64,000 bases of DNA. It comes from an uncultured Anaerolineales bacterium. GTDB taxonomy: Bacteria > Chloroflexota > Anaerolineae > Anaerolineales > UBA11858. Each line of letters begins with the position of its first letter. Position 1 is the first letter of the stretch. The translations under genes were made by a program, and so were the position numbers. The notes under the pieces were generated by a model. The model was not told the origin of the DNA, did no database searches, and saw only the letters and a program-made list of their open reading frames with translations. Below, in pieces: positions 25,740-35,711 of this stretch. The DNA lies in assembly GCA_964613985.1 (NCBI GenBank), contig CAZTJD010000008.1, positions 3,695 through 67,694 on the forward strand. The letters run 5' to 3'.

Positions 25740-25841
25740 TGAACCATCACCACAGTTCAATAAGCATCACCTTCAATTTTTTTTCCGTCAACACCTCTTC
25801 CGGCAGGATGTCTATTGAGTTATCGAAGAAAGGGAGCCCCC

Positions 25842-27311
25842 ATGTTTATTAATGGAAAATTCACATCGGGTCGTGCATTGGACAGGATTCCTGTCATCAA
25901 TCCAGCCACCGAAGGGGTTCTCGATGAAGTGCCACGGGGTACCCGGCAGGATGCCAATGCAGCTGTGGCTGCTGCAAAAACCGCTTTCCGAGACTGGTCA
26001 AGGACACCGGCAAACGAACGTGCCCACATGCTCCACAATGTGGCAGCAAAGATTCGTTCTCACCACGATGAATTGATCCGCTTGCTGACCCAGGAAGAGG
26101 GGAAACCCATCCCAGAAAACGAAGAAGAGCTTTGGTGGACCGAAGAGACCTTTGACTATTACGCTGAACTGGCCCGACATGAACGGGGAAAAGTCATCCC
26201 TTCCGGGGATCCAGGGCAGTTCAATTTCGTGCTTAAAGAACCTTTTGGTGTGGTCGGCTGCATCATCCCTTGGAATTATCCCCTGCTGCTGCTGGTCTGG
26301 AAACTTGCCCCAGCCCTGGCAGCTGGCAATACCGTGGTAATTAAGCCCTCCCAATTTACTCCCCTGACTACCTTGCGACTGGTGGAAATCGCTTTCGATC
26401 ATTTTCGACCGGGAGTGGTCAACGTAGTCACCGGGACAGGTTCAGAAGTGGGTGAGACCCTGGTAGGTCACCCGGAAGTACCGGTCATTGCCCTCACTGG
26501 ATCGACGGCTGTGGGTCAACACGTCGTCCATCGCGCTGGTCCCTTAATGAAGAAATTGCATCTGGAACTGGGCGGCAAGGACCCCATGGTTATCGCGCCA
26601 GATGCACCGCTCGAGAAGGCCGTCAGCGCCTTGGCTTATGCTGCCCTGATCAATGCCGGCCAGGTCTGCACCAGCACCGAACGGGTCTACGTTCATGAGA
26701 GCATGATGGGTCAGTTCAGCGAAGAACTGGCCCACTTTGTCAGCAACCTCCGCCTCGGTAACGGCCTCGAGCAGGATACCGACATCGGTCCCATGATCCG
26801 CAACAGCTTCCGGGAAGCGGTAGAAGGACAGCTGAAGGAGGCTACTGCCTTAGGAGCAAGGATCCTGGTCGGTGGGAAACGCCCTGAAACCTTAAAAAGA
26901 GGCTTTTTCCTACAACCTGCGGTGGTGACCAACGTCAACCACGAAATGCGACTGATGCGGGAAGAGACCTTTGGTCCCGTCATCCCCTTGATGGCTTACA
27001 AGACCTTTGACGAGGCGATCGAACTGGCGAACGATAGCGATTATGGCTTGGGCGCCTCCTTAATCTCGAATGACCCCAGGCTGGTTAAACAATTCTTTGA
27101 GGAAGTTAAAGCGGGTACCATCTGGATCAACGATCCGCTTACAGACAATCTCGCCGGTCCCTTCGGCGGGATGAAGATGTCTGGTCTTGGTCGCGAGCTT
27201 GGACAGGAAGGCCTGGACGAATACCTGCAGGTCAAGCACGTTCACTGGGATATTGAGGGTCAGGAAAAAGATTACTGGTTTCCGTATGGGAAAGAGAAGA
27301 TTGATGATTGA
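25842..27311 (+). CDS. NAD(P)-dependent aldehyde dehydrogenase
   Basis: Catalytic motifs ELGGKDP and GQVCTSTER, and NAD site GTGSEVG. I moved the start to ATG 25842, which has AAGGGAG 5-6 nt upstream. The track start at 25815 is TTG. Confidence 0.85.
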   Translation: MFINGKFTSGRALDRIPVINPATEGVLDEVPRGTRQDANAAVAAAKTAFRDWSRTPANERAHMLHNVAAKIRSHHDELIRLLTQEEGKPIPENEEELWWTEETFDYYAELARHERGKVIPSGDPGQFNFVLKEPFGVVGCIIPWNYPLLLLVWKLAPALAAGNTVVIKPSQFTPLTTLRLVEIAFDHFRPGVVNVVTGTGSEVGETLVGHPEVPVIALTGSTAVGQHVVHRAGPLMKKLHLELGGKDPMVIAPDAPLEKAVSALAYAALINAGQVCTSTERVYVHESMMGQFSEELAHFVSNLRLGNGLEQDTDIGPMIRNSFREAVEGQLKEATALGARILVGGKRPETLKRGFFLQPAVVTNVNHEMRLMREETFGPVIPLMAYKTFDEAIELANDSDYGLGASLISNDPRLVKQFFEEVKAGTIWINDPLTDNLAGPFGGMKMSGLGRELGQEGLDEYLQVKHVHWDIEGQEKDYWFPYGKEKIDD

Positions 27312-27426
27312 AGATTGAAAAATGAAGTATATTATTATCATCCTCTGCGTTGGCAATACAATCCGGATCTATAAGAACATTTCCCACCGGATTTTCATTT
27401 GATTAGTTCTGGAAAAGGATAAAAAG

Positions 27427-27798
27427 ATGAAACACAAAAAAGATTCGAGACAGCTTGATGAATACGCCCAACGGCGAATTGAACAAAAAAAGGTAGAAAA
27501 ACAGCAGGATGAGGAGCGAAAACGGCACCAGCGCGAGCAAGAACTGTTAGAAAAACAACAAAAAGAAGAACTGGAACAAGCCTTACAGGAACAGCGGGAA
27601 ATGGACAAACAAGCGGAATCGGATTGGAAGCAAAGGCTGAAAAAGGAGCCGGCTACTACCTCTCACCAGGAGCAGGAACGGAAGGATCGGCAACAAGAAC
27701 AGCTTATCGTGGAACAGCAGCAAGAGCAGACACGAATCCAGGATCAAAAGAAACAGTTGGAACAGGACCAGGAACAAGATCAGAAATGGCAGAAGTAG
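27427..27798 (+). CDS. Highly charged Q/E/K-rich low-complexity protein (uncertain)
   Basis: 123 aa made of almost only Q, E, K and R. The antisense frame (27369-27608) gives an equally open Cys/Ser-rich ORF, so coding status and strand are not secure. Confidence 0.35.
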   Translation: MKHKKDSRQLDEYAQRRIEQKKVEKQQDEERKRHQREQELLEKQQKEELEQALQEQREMDKQAESDWKQRLKKEPATTSHQEQERKDRQQEQLIVEQQQEQTRIQDQKKQLEQDQEQDQKWQK

Positions 27799-28202
27799 TT
27801 CTGATGGCGTTATAAAACTTATCTAACTCCTGAACCCAGCCCCTGATCCCGTGTATTTTACGATTAGTCCCCTGGATGCAACCCCTGTCTGGGATTTCCA
27901 CATTGCCATCCCAAGCCCAACGCTCCCGTGTTGAACGCCTAAAGCCAAACCTCGCCTGGTTGAAATACCCTAACCTTCCATACTCTGCGGGATATGGATA
28001 TCCTGGCTACTAACATCTCCATCCATTCCGAAGATGAGCATCCCATGAGTATATCCATTTCTAACAAAAAACATACCCTTAAATCCACAAAGTGTGCTAA
28101 ACTTTAGTGCTTGATTAACATTTGTTCTGAAAATAGAGATTCATCTTTGGTTTTGGAACCCGTGCTTAAATCTGCAATATTCTTTGAAAGGAGTTCCAAA
28201 AC

Positions 28203-28412
28203 ATGTCTGAAAAACAACAAGGTACCGTGAAATGGTTCAATGGTAGCAAAGGCTACGGTTTTATTGAACGTGAAAATGGCGAAGATTTATTCGTCCATTA
28301 CAACGCCATTCTTGGTGATGGCTACCGCAACCTCGATGAGGGTCAACGGGTAGAATTCACAGTCGTCCAAGGTCAAAAAGGCCTGCAGGCGCAAGATGTG
28401 ATCGTTATTTAG
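28203..28412 (+). CDS. cspA: Cold-shock protein (CspA family)
   Basis: RNP1 is KGYGFI and RNP2 is FVHY, with GTVKWFN at the N-terminus. It is 69 aa, has a strong RBS GGAG, and is followed by a terminator. Confidence 0.95.
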   Translation: MSEKQQGTVKWFNGSKGYGFIERENGEDLFVHYNAILGDGYRNLDEGQRVEFTVVQGQKGLQAQDVIVI

Positions 28413-28434
28413 TATACCTATCAATAACCAAAGG

Positions 28435-28471
28435 CAGGGCAGTAATTGAATTACTGCCCTGTTTTTATTTT
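28435..28471 (+). terminator. Intrinsic terminator of cspA
   Basis: CAGGGCAGTAA-TTGAA-TTACTGCCCTG (11-bp stem) followed by TTTTTATTTT. Confidence 0.85.
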
Positions 28472-28536
28472 CCAAACTGGAGTAAGGGCATTCGATTTCT
28501 CCAGGGAATCTCAAGGAAGGTTAAACGGCACGTTGT

Positions 28537-30312
28537 TTACTCGAGCAGCATCCAGCAGTACTGGTATGGCTGCAAGAGGATTACCCCCTGCAGGACAACA
28601 CGCTCCCCAGTGACCAGGTCAGGACCGGGATTGTGAAGATCCAATCCCCAGTCCAAAGGATCAAAATGCAGGGTCAGTTTGCTGCCAGAGACGTTTACCA
28701 GGCATAAGACCTGCTCCATTTCGTCTGGTGAAGTACGCAGGATCGCGAAGACCTGATCATGAATGTTAATTACTCGCTGCGCCCCAAGAGGGTGGAATGC
28801 TGAGTGCTTCCGGCGGACATGCAGCAGTCGCTCATAACCATCGAAAACCTGCCCAGTGGTCGAATCAGGATCGTCTAGCCTTGTTTCCAGGGTATTCACC
28901 TGGAATTTCTGGCGGTTAATCGAGCGAGACCGACCACTTTCCTGGACACAAACCTGGCAGTTGCCTGAACCGAGCAGGCAGTGAACATAAATCCCTGGAA
29001 CCCCAGCCAGGGACAACATAATAACCTGTGAGGCAAGAAAGCGCTGCACATCAAGCGCAGGAGTGGGTTTGGCGGGGTTATTAAGGGCATCGAAGAGGCA
29101 GATATTCAATTCATAGACACTCTGAGAACCATCCGGATTGGTCTTATATGAGACAAGGCCTGAATGGGCAATCGTCTGTTCGACCATGGCCTGAACCTCT
29201 TCCGGAGTCAGGATGCCTTCCACTGGACGCACACCAATCCCATCATGGGAGGCTATGAAATTTAAAAAGATCGCACTTGGGTATGGCAGTTCGAGTCCTG
29301 CTGCCCATATTGACAATTTGGAAGCATTCGCAGTCAGGAAAGTGTGCAGCACCAGGGGGGCTAGCGGGAACTGGTAAACCAACTGGGCTTCATCCCCTCT
29401 CCCAATTCCGATCTCTGCTTGCTCGGTTTCCGGTAGGAGTGATCCAAAATAACTGATATTCTCATCGTGAGGCACATTCGTCTCGCTGATCAACAGCACA
29501 CCCGGAGCTGCAAGGTCGAGCACGGCCCGGATGAGTTTGATCACCAGGTGAGTCTCGGGTAGGTGGATGCAGCTTGTTCCCAATTCTTTCCAAAGGAAGG
29601 CAATCGCATCCAGTCTGATGATTTTTGCCCCTTTCTCGATATAAAAAAACAGGACCGCAATGATCTCAAGCAACACAGCTGGATTGGCATAGTTCAAATC
29701 AACCTGATCGGCACTAAAAGTCGTCCAAACATGCCGCGTTCCCTCTGCTGTTTCCACAGATGTCAAGAGCGGCTGAGTCCTGGGTCGCACAACCCCAGAT
29801 AAATCAGTCTCCGGATCTGCACAGATAAAATAATCCCGGTAAGGCAGCTCCCATCGCAGAAAATCTTGGAACCAATCGCTCTGACTCGAGATATGATTAA
29901 TCACTGCATCAAACATCAGGTTGCAATCCTGCTTAAGGGCTACGATATCATCCCAGCTGCCAAGATTAGGGTCCACCTGGTAGTAATCTACCACCGCAAA
30001 GCCATCGTCGGATGAATACGGGAAAAAAGGTAAGATGTGTACCGTATTAATGATCTCAACCAGGTAGGTTTGATAGAAATCAAGCAGGTTGCTAAGGGGT
30101 GGCAGCCCTTTTCCTTTAAACTGGTCTCCATAGGTGATCAAAACCGCATCTTTCTCAGACAAGCATTGAAGAGAGTCCTTCGTGTCTATAAGCGATTGCC
30201 TTTCTATAAAATCCGCAATCATCCCCTCGAGTTGGATCCAGATTTGGTTTGCAGTTTGAACCCCGTAGAGTCTTTTTAGGAGATCGATTATTCTTTTTTG
30301 GGTTTTTTTCAT
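28537..30312 (-). CDS. GH13 (subfamily 18-like) sugar phosphorylase, sucrose-phosphorylase family
   Basis: RLDAIAFLWKE carries the nucleophile Asp, ISETNVPH the acid/base Glu, and IASHDGIG the HD pair. It is 591 aa with no signal peptide. Confidence 0.75.
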   Translation of the reverse strand: MKKTQKRIIDLLKRLYGVQTANQIWIQLEGMIADFIERQSLIDTKDSLQCLSEKDAVLITYGDQFKGKGLPPLSNLLDFYQTYLVEIINTVHILPFFPYSSDDGFAVVDYYQVDPNLGSWDDIVALKQDCNLMFDAVINHISSQSDWFQDFLRWELPYRDYFICADPETDLSGVVRPRTQPLLTSVETAEGTRHVWTTFSADQVDLNYANPAVLLEIIAVLFFYIEKGAKIIRLDAIAFLWKELGTSCIHLPETHLVIKLIRAVLDLAAPGVLLISETNVPHDENISYFGSLLPETEQAEIGIGRGDEAQLVYQFPLAPLVLHTFLTANASKLSIWAAGLELPYPSAIFLNFIASHDGIGVRPVEGILTPEEVQAMVEQTIAHSGLVSYKTNPDGSQSVYELNICLFDALNNPAKPTPALDVQRFLASQVIMLSLAGVPGIYVHCLLGSGNCQVCVQESGRSRSINRQKFQVNTLETRLDDPDSTTGQVFDGYERLLHVRRKHSAFHPLGAQRVINIHDQVFAILRTSPDEMEQVLCLVNVSGSKLTLHFDPLDWGLDLHNPGPDLVTGERVVLQGVILLQPYQYCWMLLE

Positions 30313-31664
30313 AAGATCAATCGGTTCAGGGTTGTTTGAAGGGTTTTCAATGAATAATGACGGCTGGCGATGTTGAAATTATGTTCGACGACTGCAGACC
30401 GAGACCGGGGATCAGTCAGCCAGGAAACAGCCTTGTCCGCAGCTGAATCCAGCAAGGAGGGATCGAGCTTTACCAGGCCATATTCATCTGTCCCGGCAAT
30501 ACGGTCTCCCAACGAAACCACTTTAAAACCTTTCGGTTTGAGATCGGACTTAAAAACGGGATATTCGAAGAGAAGGATAGGCAAACGAGCCCATATTGCC
30601 TCAAGAAGTTTGTTGCCCCAACCCTCCCACAGGCTGGGGTAAGTCACGAAATCTGCAAAGACATAAGTATCCCACAGGGCATAGACCTTGTTGCCATCCC
30701 TGGTATGACGGCTCTCTGCTACCAGATCTTCAATAAACAACGCTTCGACGCCCACTCGCTGCGCTTTTTGCTCTAGTAGGCTTTTATAACGACCGGTAAC
30801 ATCATCCTTAGCATACCCGGCAATCACCAGCACTATCCGGCTTTCTGAGCTGAAGACCCGTCCATCATATAGCCCTCGCTGACTTAACAGGGTTCGACGT
30901 TGGGGGGAATCAAGAGCTTTGACAAAGTCAATCGCCATCTCGATGCCTTTTCGAGGCACAATCCGGGTTGCCTGGAGGATGAGCAGGTCGTTATCCGCAA
31001 GCCCTATCTCCGGTCGAAATCCCCGGTTATAGTCGTCCACTGTCCAGGCTGGTGCCTCAAAATCGAAGACATTCGGTACGACCTCAGCCTTGATCCCCTT
31101 CCGTTTCAAGAGAGCGTTCTGGGCCAGGCGGTTGATGACGATATGTTTTATCGCAGAACTCCGAGGGGGCAGGTACAGGTCGGCAAGTTCCAGTGCAGCC
31201 GGGCATGTCAGCGCGATTCCAGGTCTTTCGAAATAGAAATCATGGCTATGTGCCAGGGCTGGAAGGTTTAGATTTTGCCGCACACGCTCCAGGGCAACCG
31301 CAGCGGCCGGGTTGAGGGCCACCGACCAGATATTTTGAACAATCAGCAGGTTGATCCCCAACTCCAGGATGTGCTGCCTGAGCTGGCGCTCGATGACATC
31401 CACCCAGGCCTGGAGTTCGTGTTGGTAGCCCTCTTCATCCCAATCTTCCAACCTGTGGAAGGTGTTGGATGTCAGACGTTTGATTTCCGGGATCTGGTGA
31501 TGGAATCCTTCAATCCTGATCCCGGAAGCCAATCCCAGATCTCCTGCAAAGAGATAGACGGTGTGTCCCATCTCTTGAAGGAGACCTTTCCACTTTTCAA
31601 TTTCCAGGGAAACTCCATCCGTGCCGCCAACTTTATAATGGAAGATCCCGATGGTTCTAGACAT
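30309..31664 (-). CDS. GT4-family glycosyltransferase
   Basis: The E-x7-E region is PSLWEGWGNKLLEA, and the N-terminus is FHYKVGGTDGVS. A 4-nt overlap with the phosphorylase gene suggests translational coupling. Confidence 0.7.
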   Translation of the reverse strand: MSRTIGIFHYKVGGTDGVSLEIEKWKGLLQEMGHTVYLFAGDLGLASGIRIEGFHHQIPEIKRLTSNTFHRLEDWDEEGYQHELQAWVDVIERQLRQHILELGINLLIVQNIWSVALNPAAAVALERVRQNLNLPALAHSHDFYFERPGIALTCPAALELADLYLPPRSSAIKHIVINRLAQNALLKRKGIKAEVVPNVFDFEAPAWTVDDYNRGFRPEIGLADNDLLILQATRIVPRKGIEMAIDFVKALDSPQRRTLLSQRGLYDGRVFSSESRIVLVIAGYAKDDVTGRYKSLLEQKAQRVGVEALFIEDLVAESRHTRDGNKVYALWDTYVFADFVTYPSLWEGWGNKLLEAIWARLPILLFEYPVFKSDLKPKGFKVVSLGDRIAGTDEYGLVKLDPSLLDSAADKAVSWLTDPRSRSAVVEHNFNIASRHYSLKTLQTTLNRLIL

Positions 31665-31667
31665 CCC

Positions 31668-32567
31668 CTATCCTTTGACTCCACCTGCCGTCAGTCCCTC
31701 TTCCAGGTAACGTTCCAATGCCAGGAATAACAGGATGATAGGGACCGTCATAATCGTTGAAGCTGCCATGACAACATTAGGCCGTGGACTGGGATTGTTG
31801 AATATTGCATTGATCTTGATCGGCATCGTGAACATATTGTGGTCATTCAAGAAAACCAATGCATAGAGAAACTCATTCCAGGCAATCATAAAGGTATAGA
31901 TCCCTACGGATATGATCGCTGGAATCGCCAGCGGTATGGTGATCCGCCAGACCACTTCTAAGCGACTGCAGCCATCGATCATTGCTGCCTGCTCGATTTC
32001 GTCCGGGATTGTGCGAAAATAGTTGGTTAACATGTATAAAGCTACGGGTAAGGTCTGGGCCAGGTAGGTGAAGGCCAGAACCCCCAGGTTGTCCTGGACC
32101 TCGAAACCTAGCTGCTCGCCGATCTTAGCTAACATGGCAAAAAGGGGAATGATCAGGAGCACGCCCGGAAAAAGATAGACCATCAAGATCCCCTGGAGGA
32201 GAATATTTTTGCCTTTAAATCGCAAACGGGCGATCGCATAGGCACCGAAGATAGCCAGGATTACAGCAATGATTGCAGTAGGAAGGGAAATCTTCAGTGT
32301 ATTGAAGATATTCTTTTGGAAGGATTCATAACCCCGGAAATTCGGATCGAAAAGTTCTCTATATGCATCCAACCTCAAGGCACTGGGGACATAAACAGGC
32401 TCTCGCCCACCAATCTCAGCCCTGGTCTTGAAAGAAGAACTGACCATCCAATAAAAAGGGAATAAGATACTGGTCAGGAAAAAGAGCAGGACAACAGCCA
32501 TGATGAAACGCGGCCAGGTAATCCACTGTGCTGTGTGCTGAATGATATTCTGAGGTTGCTTGCTCAT
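31668..32567 (-). CDS. Carbohydrate ABC transporter permease (MalG-like)
   Basis: Six predicted TM segments and the EAA loop EQAAMIDGCSRLEVVWRITIPL. Confidence 0.85.
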   Translation of the reverse strand: MSKQPQNIIQHTAQWITWPRFIMAVVLLFFLTSILFPFYWMVSSSFKTRAEIGGREPVYVPSALRLDAYRELFDPNFRGYESFQKNIFNTLKISLPTAIIAVILAIFGAYAIARLRFKGKNILLQGILMVYLFPGVLLIIPLFAMLAKIGEQLGFEVQDNLGVLAFTYLAQTLPVALYMLTNYFRTIPDEIEQAAMIDGCSRLEVVWRITIPLAIPAIISVGIYTFMIAWNEFLYALVFLNDHNMFTMPIKINAIFNNPSPRPNVVMAASTIMTVPIILLFLALERYLEEGLTAGGVKG

Positions 32568-32570
32568 GGT

Positions 32571-33509
32571 TTACTCCTCCACGTTTCGCATCACAGTTGT
32601 CAGGTAGAACGTCATAAAGACGAGTAAGATCAATAACAGGATCATGGCTGTTGCCGCACCACGACCAAAATCAAACAAGCGAAAACTGAATTCATAAGTC
32701 AATACCGGTAAGACCTTGGTGCCAAAACCCCCACCGGTGAGTAAAAAGATGTCATCGAATTTATTGAAAGTCCACATCAAACGCAGCAGGAAGATAGCAC
32801 CCAGTACATAACGGAGTTCCGGGAGGGTAATATGCCAGAACTGCTGGGTAGTATTCGCTCCGTCTACTTTGGCGGCCTCGTAAAGAGTAGCATCGATTGC
32901 CTGCAGCCGTGCCAGGATCATCAACATTGCAAAAGGGAAATAGCGCCAGGCCTCAAAAACGACGACCAGTCCCAGCGCAAGACCTCGAGTGGCAAGATAA
33001 GCTTTAGGCATATCAATCAGGTTAAGACGCATCAGCAGATCGTTGATAACCCCCGATGGTCTTGGGTCAAGGATCCAACGCCAGACAAAAGCAACGCTTA
33101 CGATTGGAGCCACGTATGGAAACAAGAAAATTGCCCTCGAGAGACCCCGTCCACGGAAGGGTCGATTGAGCAGCAAGGAGGCAATCAGGCCAACAACGAT
33201 GGTCAGGACTGTGGCTGAAAAGGAATAAACAACACTGGTAACTGCAGCTCCCCAACTCTGTTTCCATTGAAACTTGAAGGCAAAATCTTGGAATACTTTC
33301 CTGTAATTCTCGAAACCAATGAACTTTGCATGGAAGACATCATTCAGGTTATGTAATCCCACATCATGAAAACTCACCCAAACACTGAAGATTGCTGGAA
33401 AGATAACCAGTCCAAAAACGATCAGGGCTGTTGGAAGGATCAAAGCCCAGGCCAGGCGAGTTTCGCGAGATTGCATTGATTTCCAACCCGATTTTGTCAG
33501 AATAGACAT
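32571..33509 (-). CDS. Carbohydrate ABC transporter permease (MalF-like)
   Basis: Multi-TM protein with the EAA loop YEAAKVDGANTTQQFWHITLPE. Confidence 0.85.
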   Translation of the reverse strand: MSILTKSGWKSMQSRETRLAWALILPTALIVFGLVIFPAIFSVWVSFHDVGLHNLNDVFHAKFIGFENYRKVFQDFAFKFQWKQSWGAAVTSVVYSFSATVLTIVVGLIASLLLNRPFRGRGLSRAIFLFPYVAPIVSVAFVWRWILDPRPSGVINDLLMRLNLIDMPKAYLATRGLALGLVVVFEAWRYFPFAMLMILARLQAIDATLYEAAKVDGANTTQQFWHITLPELRYVLGAIFLLRLMWTFNKFDDIFLLTGGGFGTKVLPVLTYEFSFRLFDFGRGAATAMILLLILLVFMTFYLTTVMRNVEE

Positions 33510-33610
33510 GGCAGGCCTCTTTATTTGTTGTTCTCAAAAAACTTGGGAGAGATCAGACTTTCCCTTTAGATTCAGGTCACAAGTAGATATTCCAATATGT
33601 ATCTCAAGTT

Positions 33611-33900
33611 TGTCATTCTGAAGCAGCGCTCTTTGCTGTTGAAGAATCTCTTGTGCCATGTAAGAGATGTTTCGTTTCACTCAACATGACATCCTAAAAG
33701 ATGATGTTTGACAAACTACTAGTAGACTGTCCATCGTCATTATTAATAATGTCATTCTGAAGCAGCGCTCTTTGCTGATGAAGAATCTCTTGTGCCATGT
33801 GAGAGATGTTTCGTTTCACTCAACATGACATCCTAAAGGATGATGTTTGACAGACTACTGGTAGACTGTCCATCGTCATTCTTAACAATGTCTTACTAAA
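33611..33900. repeat. Tandem 139-bp x2.1 MITE/REPIN-like element inside the sugar operon
   Basis: TGTCATTCTGAAGCAGCGC… restarts at 33611 and 33750. Each unit holds two inverted ~38-nt arms (GTCATTCTGAAGCAGCG..GAAGAATCTC / GAGATGTTTCG..CAACATGAC). Confidence 0.85.
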
Positions 33901-34182
33901 AAACCACTGTACTAAAGCACATTTCATCCTGAAAGAAACATCCCGGATTCCCGCTCAAATCGCCGTCCTCGGCGAAGTAGTTTCCTAGGAACGAAACGAA
34001 GTGGAGTGAAGAATCTCTACTTTGGACTGACTGAAACCTAATCCTCTACATTGATGTTGTCCTGAACCTTCATACCAGGAAATCTACTAGAAAAGTAATG
34101 GAAAACATAACACCTCTTCCCCGGATTTCTGAAAGGAAATTGGGAGGGCGTAGTTTCCTACGCCCTCGATTAATGAGGGATC

Positions 34183-35652
34183 TTACTCTTCGGAACGTTC
34201 TGCATAGAGCAGTTCGACCTGCTCCTGCAACCAGGCGGCAGCTGTCTCAGGTGTCATGGTACCTTCAAGCGCAATATTGCTGATCGCTTGAGAGATGAGC
34301 AACCGTCCTTCGATGTCGCCGACCACTGCACGTTGGGTAGCGTCATAATCAGGCCGGAAGAGCCAGCGTGCCATGGTTTCGTATCCGTTGCCAATCTGCG
34401 CCAGCGTTTCTGCAGAATAGTTGGCGAAATAGGGGCTTAGTTCACCCCACCCCTCGACTGCGCTGGTCAGCACGGGGACCTTACCGAAGGGTGCCAGGGC
34501 AAGAATATCCTGGTAATTCTCACCAGTCATAAAGAACTTGACAACCTCTTGGGCCATCGGGTCAGCGCCCGTCAGGATCCCCAGGGTAACCAACTGTCCG
34601 TAAGAAGCAGCCCCATTGGGACCTTCCATGGTTGCAGCAAAACCAGTCTTACCTGCCAGGTCTTCAACTAGGATCTCGACATTCCCACCAGAATCCAAAC
34701 CGGACCCATCCACGAGGTCATCCATGATATAGGTGCTGTAGAAAAGCATGCCAGATTGGTCCAACTCATAGGCTTCACGAGCACCTCTCCAATACTGCGG
34801 ACCGGGCATCGCACAGCGCTGCAAGCTGGTATAAAAAGCCAATGCCTCGATCATCTCTGGCGTATTCATCGATACATTTCCATCCGCATCGAAAGGCCAA
34901 GCGTTGTTCGACAGGGCGACCTGCTCAAATACCTGGTGGGGATAGTTCTGACCTGGATCGGTCGCCAGGGTCAACGCATAAAGCAGGTTGCCTACGCCAG
35001 GTAATGCATCACATGCCGCGTTAATGTCATCCCAGGTGATTGGGGCGTTCAATCCAGCTTCTTCGAAAATGTCATTTCGATACCAGAGGGCCTGGATCCA
35101 GCCATCAAAAGGAACTGCAGCATAGTTGCCATTCGCCGGGTTGGTGACCATCTCAAGCGGAGCGGCACGGAAATCATCCTTCCCAATACTCTCGATGGTA
35201 GCCATCGCTGCGGCTTCATCCAAAATACCGTCAACCGCAAAGGAGGAAACTCGTTCAATACCCATCCGCACGATGTCGGGTAGGCGGTTTGCTCCCTGGG
35301 CGGTGGCGATGCGTTGGGCGATGCCAGCTTCCTCGATTGGCACAATCCGAAGGTCGATCTCGGGGTGTACAACCATGAAAGCTGCAGCAACCGCTTCGTA
35401 GGTCTCAACCCGTTCCGGCTCGTTGTCAGTCGTCCAAAATTCGATGACTGTCTTTTCAAGCGGTTCTTTTTCGACTTCAACGGTAACGACCACTTCCTTT
35501 TCCACCTCGACCGGGACTTCTACCTCCACGGTCTTGATGATCGTCTCGCCCTCTTTCTCAACAACTACAGTCTCAACAATCGTTTCGGGTTGGCAAGCTG
35601 TTATTGTTGCAGCAATCAGAAGGGCTATGATAATAAATAACGTTTTTTTCAT
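34183..35652 (-). CDS. Lipoprotein, extracellular sugar-binding protein (ABC family 1 SBP)
   Basis: The lipobox is AATITAC. A low-complexity VEVEKE linker follows, then an SBP_bac_1-like body. Confidence 0.8.
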   Translation of the reverse strand: MKKTLFIIIALLIAATITACQPETIVETVVVEKEGETIIKTVEVEVPVEVEKEVVVTVEVEKEPLEKTVIEFWTTDNEPERVETYEAVAAAFMVVHPEIDLRIVPIEEAGIAQRIATAQGANRLPDIVRMGIERVSSFAVDGILDEAAAMATIESIGKDDFRAAPLEMVTNPANGNYAAVPFDGWIQALWYRNDIFEEAGLNAPITWDDINAACDALPGVGNLLYALTLATDPGQNYPHQVFEQVALSNNAWPFDADGNVSMNTPEMIEALAFYTSLQRCAMPGPQYWRGAREAYELDQSGMLFYSTYIMDDLVDGSGLDSGGNVEILVEDLAGKTGFAATMEGPNGAASYGQLVTLGILTGADPMAQEVVKFFMTGENYQDILALAPFGKVPVLTSAVEGWGELSPYFANYSAETLAQIGNGYETMARWLFRPDYDATQRAVVGDIEGRLLISQAISNIALEGTMTPETAAAWLQEQVELLYAERSEE

Positions 35653-35711
35653 TTTTCTTTCTCCATTGTTTATAAAATTAGGTTAACCACGTAAGAAGAT
35701 ATCATGGTGCA

